From the human T2T-CHM13v2.0 reference genome, Homo sapiens, in the NCBI RefSeq assembly GCF_009914755.1, contig NC_060925.1: a DNA stretch of 64,000 nucleotides. One strand, written 5' to 3'. The notes under the pieces were generated by a model, which did not search any database, was not told where the DNA came from, and was given only the letters and a program-made list of their open reading frames with translations. Position numbers and translations under genes: made by a program. Shown piece by piece: positions 55,507 through 64,000 of this stretch (position 1 is the first letter of the stretch; every line of letters begins with the position of its first letter).

Positions 55507-58169
55507 TTAACTTTGGATTTTTTTCTAAACAAAATTTATTTTTGAAATATCTAATTATGAGTTATCAAGGGAAAATATCTTTATTCATTGAATAATTAGA
55601 GAAATGTTAATATACTCAGTGTAGATATTTTTGTTAGGCTGCGATTGATTTTGAACATAGTAAAGAAGAAACTATTACTCTGGGCTGATAATTTACAACC
55701 TAAATTCTGAAAATTGAAGTTTTTAATTTTTTTTAACTTTAGAAGTGCAATTCTGAAATGGTTGTATATATCAACTTTCCCGTAATGGAAAAGAATAGCT
55801 CTTCAAAAAATCATGTCTTAAACTGACATTATAATGGTTTTTTAGACAATTTACTTTCTTTTTGTCATATCCACATTATCAAAATGTAAACCTCAAACAC
55901 TCACTTAACTTCAACAAATGACAACGTGCTGACCCTCAAAAAAATTGTAGTAACAGCTTTACAAAATCAGAACTTTACTATACCAGTCAAAAATCAATGT
56001 ACTCTGAAGACAGCAACTATGGGAGATCTCATGAACCATATATCACAAATTTCCACAGTGGGAACTGTAGTGACATTGGATGGTATTGTGTTCAAAACCC
56101 TTAGTGAGAGTTGGTCTCATTTTTATGGATGGCTGCAAAGTCTATTACACTTAACGGTGATTTCCTCTAAACAATGATCTACAAATGAATGCCAGATATG
56201 ATAATAAATTTCTGTATTAAAAGACTACTGACAATTGGTTCAGAAAGCAAGTATTTTTCTTCCTTCCTAGGAATTGCTAACATGGTAATATTAATACTTG
56301 AAAGTGTCAACTGCTTAATGAAATTTTGCCCACATAGATTACCAAGCTTTCTTAAATGTTAGAGGCTATTTTTAGGAGTAAATTTACTACACTTAGGATT
56401 TTTAATATTGATATATACATTTATTTATGGTTTAAGAATATATGTTACCATATAGAAATGGCATTGTGTACGACTGTGATGACAATCAATATTTGGATAT
56501 ACATATTATAAACATTAACTACTTTTTTTGAACTAAAATATAATTAGATAAACAAAGGTTATATGATAGAATTGTTTGGTTTTAAATATTAAATGAAGTG
56601 TGAATAAAAATTGTCGATCATCTTTTGAATTATTTGTACCATAGCAATCCTCATAGGCTTTCCAAAGACCTTTGTGTTAAAATACAAACCTAATGTGGTC
56701 ATCAAAAGCCATAAATAAAAGAGCTGTCAAGTAAAGTTGATGAAAAAGAGAAATGATACAAAAGGCAGCGTCAGGTACAATTATGAATATGTCAATATAA
56801 AAAAATCATTTCCCTTGATGTGATATTATTAGAGTGTGATACTAATTACTAAAACTAGGATTATAAAGATTTATTAACCTCTAGAATGGTTTGCCAAGAA
56901 GTTTCTTATAAATTAAACTATGGTGTACTCCTTGTTGAAAAAAGTTTTTGGTGATAGACTTTGGAGGATTTTCTAATTTTTTCATATTGGAAGATGAAGT
57001 TGATTTAGAAAATCATCACCGAATGTATTTCTGTTTTTCTCCATATAGCCTTGTAATATATCTGAAAACATATTATGTAATATATGTGATGTGTAATATA
57101 TGTGGAAACACAGCTAACTTACTTAGAGCTGCGTATTGTGTTGTTTTTGGTTTATATGTCACCAAACAATTGACATGTAGTCATCATATGGGTAGGCACC
57201 ATTCTATTCCTAGATCCTAACACAGGGCTTGTTGCTATAATTGCTTGTAATTTATTGTAATTGCTCAATAAATTCCTATTATTTGCTTTAATGGAGACTT
57301 TGGATAAAACCAAGAAGAAAAAACCATGTATTTATACCTTCTATGAGGTAAGTGTGGTTAATTTTAACAATAAATTTATGGTATGATGATACTTTACAAT
57401 TTCATAATTTTGTTTTAACCTAACCCTCATGAAATTATTCCCATATTTATTTCAGGATAGGTTTTCTTTTTCACAGTAATTGGTATAATTTTTCTAGCGG
57501 TCCTCAAGCACACATACACATCTCAAGAATAATGGTAAAAATTTTAAGTTTTATGATACTACTGTTATTTTATTACTATGTGCTATAATTCATATTTTAA
57601 GGGTATTATTCTTGTTAACATGTTAATGTTAATTCAGTCATCTCATTTAATCATAAATGTTCTTAATAAAAAGTTTTATTATCTATATTATTTGTATCAA
57701 CTCTAATGAACCAATACAATCTTTATTTATTTATGGGGATATGATTTCTTACTTGATTGATAATCTTGTCAAAATATTTATAAATATTTATCCTGGTCTT
57801 CACTGTATGATACTTGAGCATCTACTGTATATATATCAATCACTATTTTAGGTATGGGAAAAATAAAATGACTAAAAAAGAAAAGTCCTCTTGTTGCATG
57901 AAAGAAGAGGCAATAAATAAAATTTAAAATACATAAGTTAGTAATAGGAGTGAATCTGCTCTGATAAAACAAAAACAGAAAAAAAGTAGAAAAATAAAAG
58001 TTGATGAGGTTAAAATTAAGATTTCAGTCAAGTTTATCTGAAATTTGTGGTTGGCCTGAAAAGAATGAAACAATTCCAAATTTTCATTGGTATTGTTCTG
58101 TATTTTTAAAAAATATTTTCTTGTAAAGTAGAAAATTTTTATGTTCAGATAACATGTTGTCCTAAAATT

Positions 58170-59250
58170 TTTATAGGCTTCTATTTCTAATACAGTGACT
58201 AGGCAAGTCTTTCCAAAACTTCCGTTGAAATAGATAAGCAAAGCTGAATAACATATTTTAAAATAACCTCAAAAGTATCAAAGAGCTAAAATAATAGTGG
58301 AGAACTTACAGAACAGCCTGAACCCAAAGATGTGACTAAAGAAAATATTTCTATGGTGTTGAGCAAAGAAGGAAAAACAAAAGAATTTTGAAGAAAAGAA
58401 AATTGTCCCCCAGAAATTGTGGCCGATACCATGATTAACTTAAGCAATGAAATTAGTACCAAACCAGTTGTATCCTCAATACCTGGCAGAAGTAAACAAG
58501 AATATTCTCAGGAGGAAATAACTTTCTAGGCCACAGAAACCTCCATATGTAACATTGAGTCAAAGATAAAAAGGCATATAATTAAACAAATCACCAAGAG
58601 TTATAACAAGCAGATAAAAGTAGAGAGTAGAAAAAGAATTGCTTATATTTTATATATTCTAATTATTCATGCTTACCTTGCTAAAAGAGAAAAAGAGAAA
58701 AGTTGAATAATATTTGTAAGAACCAGAAAATTATGAAAAGGGTCATAAAAGATTTAAAGTAAAAATTTAGAAACTATAAATTTAGTTTAAATTTAACAAC
58801 AAAAAAACTTCATTGAAAATATCTGGCAGTAAATTTGGTACAGCAGAAAAAAAGAATTAATTGGCTTATGCTACCAAGTAGCATATAATAGCTCATTTTT
58901 GACCAATGTACCCATGACATGGATTGATGCAATTAGTACCTTACCCTTTTATGCCTAACAAAATAAAGAGTGAACCCTTTTTTTTTGGAAGATATATTAT
59001 CTGAACTTTCTATGGTTGTTAAATAAACATTGTCTAAAAGCAATCAAGAATTACTAGAATTTCATTTTGTAGAATGCATTCTTATTTCAGTCTAGTACAA
59101 ATTATTACTTTACCTTGCCACTGCTAATATCTTGATTCTACCAGAATCTTGAAATACAATAAAGGATTAGAATGACAAATCAAATTCACACAAATAAAAG
59201 ATATTACTACAAATCAAGATTTACTAATAATTTAAAGAATAAAAGTAGTT
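58170..59250 (+). mobile_element. Very old L1M 5'/ORF1-like fragments
   Basis: A-rich strand bias and weak motif similarity (cctggcagaagtaaac; aatcaagaattactaga). Confidence 0.35.
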
Positions 59251-59437
59251 TGGGTAACAATAGAAGCAGGAAGAGCCCCAGGACTACCAACACAGTTCTC
59301 CAGCTACTTTCTTGCCACATCAAGGTATGTCTGGCCCAGATTAAATATTAAGATATCCAAGTATGCTTGTAGTCACATAACTTATACCAAAAGGAGTTTA
59401 TTCTTTCTTACGAAACATCTCCATTTTACACAGATAC

Positions 59438-60565
59438 TGTATTAGTCCATTCTTGCATTGCTATAAAGAAATGTCTGAGACTGGGTAATTTGTAAAGAAA
59501 AGGGGTGTGATTCCTCATGGTTCTGCAGGCTGTACAGAAAGCTGGCGAAAGAGGCATCAGGTAACTTGCAGTCACGTGGAAGGTGAAGGGGAAGCAGGCA
59601 TGTTTTACATTGCTGGAGCAGGAGGAAGTGTGGCAGGGTGCTGCAACAAGATATGATGATAACTTACTCACTCACTATCACTAGAAGAGCACCAAAGTGG
59701 TGGTTCTAAACCATTCTTGAAAGATCTACCCGCCATGATCCAATCAGCTCCCACTAGGCCCCACCTCCAACACTGGGGATTACAATTTGACATAAGATTT
59801 TGGTGGGGACACAGATCCAAACCATATCATTCCACCCCAGCCCCTCCCAAACCTCATGTCCTTCTCACATTGCAAAATCTATTCATGCCTTCCCAACAGT
59901 CCCCTGAAGTCTTAAACTCATTCCAGCATTAACTCAAAAGTCCAAAGTCCAAAGTCTCATCTGAGACAAGACCTTCTTTATATAAGCCTGTAAAATTAAA
60001 AATAAGTTAGTTACTTCCAAAACCAATGGAGGTATAGGCAAATGGGGTAAAAACTCCCCTTCCAAGAGGAAGAAATCTGCCAAAAGGAAAAGGCTACAGG
60101 CCCATGCAAGTCCCAAAACCAGCAGGGCAGTCGTTAAATCTTAAAGCTCCAAAGTAATCTCATTTGACTCCATGTCTCCATCCAGGACACACTGATGCAA
60201 GGGGTGGGCTCCAAAGGCCTTGGGCAGCTCAGCCCCAAGTCTTTGCAGAATACAGTGCCGCAGCTGCTTTCATGGGCTGGGATTGAGTACCTATGGCTCT
60301 TTCAGGTGTACGGTGAAAGCTGCTGGTGGATCTACCATTCTGGGGTCTGGAGGACCGTGGCCCCCTTCTCACAGCTCCACTAGGAAGTTCCTCCATGGGA
60401 ACTCTGTGTGGGAGCTCCAACTCCACATATCCCCTCTGCAGTGCCCTAGTAGAGGTTCTCCATGAGGACTCTACCCCTGCAGCTGGCTTCTGCCCAGACA
60501 TCCAGGCTTTTCCATACATTCTCTGAAATCTAAGTAGAGACTTCGAAGCCTCAACTCTTGCACTG
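59438..60565 (-). mobile_element. MSTA-like MaLR: 3' LTR (59438-59829) plus about 735 bp of adjoining internal sequence; 5' part missing
   Basis: TGTATTAGTCCATTCTTGCATTGCTATAAAG..CCAAACCATATCA; polypurine tract next to the LTR; ORF 60229..60636 is MaLR internal ORF-like (RFQRMYGKAWMS..PQNGRSTSS). Confidence 0.93.
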
Positions 60566-60642
60566 CAGGAAAACTTCTGGTCAGAATTTACCAATAATCT
60601 ATGATCTAGCAATTCTAGTACTAAGTATATATTCAACAGAAA

Positions 60643-60718
60643 TGTGTGTGTGTGTGTGTGAGAGAGAGACAGTGTGTGTGTGTGAGAGAGAGACAGTGTG
60701 TGTGTGTGTGTGTGTGTG
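60643..60718. repeat. Compound (TG)n/AGAGAGAGACAG repeat
   Basis: Directly visible: three TG runs separated by two identical 12-nt AG blocks. Confidence 0.95.
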
Positions 60719-61603
60719 TTTCTCTAACTGGATCTTGAGATTTCCCTCACAAGAGTGGTTGTAATCTCTAACTCTGGCCTGATGGGGTTCCAGGGATTTG
60801 GTCATGGTTGCTTACAATGTTCTTTCATGGGATGTTCTTCTTTATCCTGGCAGATAATCTAATGCCTAAGTGTTCATCTTATGTCCAGGGTTACCTCTCA
60901 CAGGAAACTTGTTTATACTGGTGGATGACCTTTTGACTCTTATTTGATCTGTGTCTAGTTTATTCTTACCAAGATAGCCACTCTCTAAGACAACGTCGAC
61001 TAGGAAAGAAGTTAGGTTTATTGTGTGGGTCAGATAAGTTACATAGGAGGCAACTCAATAAAACACACAAAATGACAGAAGCAGTTTATGACATACAGGT
61101 CTGAGAGAGAAAACAGGAGCACACTTTGCGGGGTTAATGGGAAGTGGGAGGCCATCTTGGACACATATGATCAATCAGTGAGTAGGGACCAAGAGAGAGA
61201 GGGGGTCCTGTCAGCCAAAGCCCTTACTGGGGTCCAGGGCATTATGCAGACAGGTTTCTTGCAGGGAGTTTTAATTGGTAGGTTTAGAGCAAAGAGACAT
61301 GTGCTCCATGGAGGCAGGCTGTGACTGAGAGGTGGTCACTATGGTATATTTGCAGTCCATGCAGGGAGTGAATATCAATGGGACAAGTCCAGTGAGTTGT
61401 ATCTAGCTGTTCCAGATAAGGAAGTGGTCACCAGGAAGCAGATGCACAGGAAAAATGTGGATTGACCACATTGAGAAACTGAGAGGAGGCAGAAAAATAG
61501 AAACTGTGTCAAAGGTGACCATACCCTACTTCTGGTAAGAGACAGTCCAAGTCATATTTAAAATGGATGCTGAGGCAACATAAAATTTTAAGAATTCGCT
61601 ACT
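60717..61603 (-). mobile_element. ERVL-class solo LTR (MER70/MER76/LTR64-like)
   Basis: The minus strand starts GTAGCGAATTCTTAAAATTTTATGTTGCCTCAGCATCCATTTT; contains cctctcacaggaaacttgtttatactgg; splits a continuous L1ME. Confidence 0.7.
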
Positions 61604-62129
61604 GTGTGTATGTGTGTGCTTCACAAGATGTGTACTAGAAAGTTAACAGCAGCATTATTAATAATAGAAAAACACTTGAACCTACTAAAATGTTCAGCAA
61701 TAGTAGAGCGCATAAGTAATATTCTCATTATGGAATACTCAACAAGTGAGAATAAATGATCAACAACTTCACCTGGCAATATAGATGAATCTCATATGAG
61801 TTATGAATGAAATAAGTCAGATACAATAGAAAACAACTGTATAATTATATTTATACAAATAAAAAAATCTAAAATATGCTAGTAGAAGCCTTGCTAGTGG
61901 TTATACTTGAGGAGGACATTGTGACTAGATGAGGGCATGAACAGATTTCTGCTAATATTTCTCATGATCTGAATGATTGTGATGTTTGTGTTTAGTTTAC
62001 AAACATTTATCTGTATACTTATGCATATTTTATCATTATTATATTTGTAAATAAAAAATAAATGGGGAAATGTAATTATTAGGCTGGGATATAGAACACA
62101 AAATATTATCTAAAATGCATCACTGAAAA

Positions 62130-63660
62130 AAAGATACAAATTTCATATGTCAGATCAAAGAAACTGTGTAGAAAGTGAGACATTTCAATATTTGTTTAAT
62201 TAGTCTTCCCTGCAGAGAGCAAAAGAATGAGAAAGAAGCAATATATAAAGAGATACTGGCTGAGAATTTTCAGATACCAATTTACACATTCAAGAAGTGC
62301 AGAAAATCTCATGCATGACCTATGAAAGATAATCACATATATAGTAGTGAAACTTCAATAATTCAAAACAAAAAGATGCATGAAACTAACGGGGTATATG
62401 AATTTCCAACTAGTATGTGAATAAAGTGGAAAAATAATTTATCAATTCAAATTAAGTGAAGAAAGAAGAAAATATATGAAACAGGCAGCATAAATAGAAG
62501 GCATAAAAGATGATAGAATCCTACTTCCAGATGTAACAGTGATTATTTTGAATAAATATGGATTTAAAATTCCTGTCAAAGTCAAAGATTATTGAACGGG
62601 TGAACAAGGAACTACATTTTGTTTAATATAAACAAATGTAAACTCTAAGTAAAAAAGTTCTCGTGTAAAAGTGTCACAAAAATCTAACATAGAAGTGATA
62701 ATCAAAGAAAAGTTGACAAAAGTAAACTTTAGAGCAAATGAATCACCAGAGATAAAGAGTAGCTTCATGATGCTAAAATGTTTAATTACCAGGAATATAT
62801 AACTTTTTAAAATTTGTATACGTATAACAACAAAACAAAAATTGGCAGAACGACAGAAAAAATAGGAAAACACAAATTAGTATAGTTAACATCCCTCACT
62901 CAACAACTGATAGAATAAGTGAACATATAATGTACATCATTACGTAATTTATTAGGATAAATAAGATTTAAACATAATTTATAAACTGAAACTAAGAAAC
63001 TGCAGGGTATACATTACTGCCAAGAGCCCATAAAAGTTATAAAAATCATAATAAATTTTTTATAAACCAAATCTCAACAAATTTCAAATAAATTATTTTG
63101 GGCATATTATTTGCCCAAAATGCAACTAAGCTAGAAATCAATATAAAATAGATGAATAGAAAATCTTATATTTTTGTAAGTTAAATAATGTATTTCTAAA
63201 TTAATGAGTAAATTAGCTAAAAAAGGAAATCCTAACATTCTTTAGAAAATACACTAAGTCTAAAATGTGGTGGGATATAATCAATGCATTTTTTAGAGCA
63301 AAATTTTCTATGAATAAAAACTGTATGTATGAAACATAAACTAGGTTAATATATTCCTAAAATAAATAAGGTAGAAAAGCAGACTAAAGCAAAACAAAAC
63401 CAAAACACCTGAATTATCCTATCAGCATAATGAACATAGGAAAAAAATGGTAAAAATCTTCTCTTAAAGAAAACTGCAGCCCCATAATGACTTCACTGGA
63501 AGGTTCCAGTGAACATTTAAGAAAAAATGTAGAGTTAAATTAAAAACACATCTGAAATCACTTTATAAATTTTATAACTTTTCTTCCAAAACTCAACAAG
63601 AAAATTAAAATAAATTTAAAAATGACTGCCCAATAATTATAAACAATAATATTCTACAAT
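62130..63660 (+). mobile_element. Old L1M ORF1-end and ORF2 endonuclease fragments
   Basis: ctggctgagaattttcaga; cagagataaagag..cttcatgatg; atctcaacaaatttcaaa; aaaactgcagccccataatgacttcactgg. Confidence 0.75.
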
Positions 63661-63677
63661 TTTATATTACATAGAGA

Positions 63678-63932
63678 CTATATATTATCTTATATACAAT
63701 TATACTCTATATTATACATAGAATATATATTGCTATATATTCTATATAATACATATAATTGGTGAATGTACATATATATTTATATAAGAAGGTGGAGATT
63801 TTATACATATATGTGTGCATGTGTGTATATATATATACCTATACATATATGTAGAGTATATGTATAGCATATATAGTATATATATAGTATATATAGTAGT
63901 ATATATAGAATGTGTGTGTATATATATATATA
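63678..63932. repeat. TA/TG-rich low-complexity tract
   Basis: Directly visible. Confidence 0.9.
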
Positions 63933-64000
63933 TTTGTCCAAAATGCAACTAAGCTATAAATTAATATAAAATAGATGAATACAATTAATCTATATATATA

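Larger units (their letters stand above)
60570..62060 (+). mobile_element. L1ME 3' region interrupted by the LTR at 60717-61603
   Basis: tatgatctagcaattcta..cagaaatgtg before the LTR continues as ..cacaagatgtgtactagaa..agcagcattatt after it. Confidence 0.75.

Noticed and set aside
55926-56177. 83-aa ORF in non-repeat DNA
   Set aside because: GTG start, no recognisable domain and no clear splice sites; length within chance. A BLASTX search would settle it.
60195-60636. GC-richer overlapping ORFs
   Set aside because: They derive from the MSTA internal region.

Overview
AT-rich, CpG-depleted primate (simian, human-like) genomic DNA, either intergenic or deep intronic. I found no intact protein-coding gene, RNA gene or CpG island. 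Much of the window is decayed transposable elements: L1PA and old L1M LINEs, L2/MIR, about 8 Alus (J, S, Y), MaLR LTRs (THE1, MST, MLT1), ERV1 MER4-group solo LTRs, ERVL LTRs, a partial ERV-L provirus with RT and dUTPase remnants, and Tigger/MER2/MER5 DNA transposons. TA-rich simple repeats are also present. The longer ORFs are TE fragments or chance ORFs. I see no evidence of a new biological system. The most unusual signals are: (1) several apparent template-switch or templated-insertion scars (520-544, 9781-9901, 63492-63513, 63931-63981); (2) a closely spaced tail-to-tail AluSp/AluY inverted pair; (3) a MER61-like LTR whose p53 element appears mutated into an NF-kB consensus; (4) an MST provirus with two different LTRs; (5) an octamer/CRE/Sox-Oct motif cluster. 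Subfamily names come from my recall of consensus sequences, not from a search, and the boundaries of old elements are approximate.
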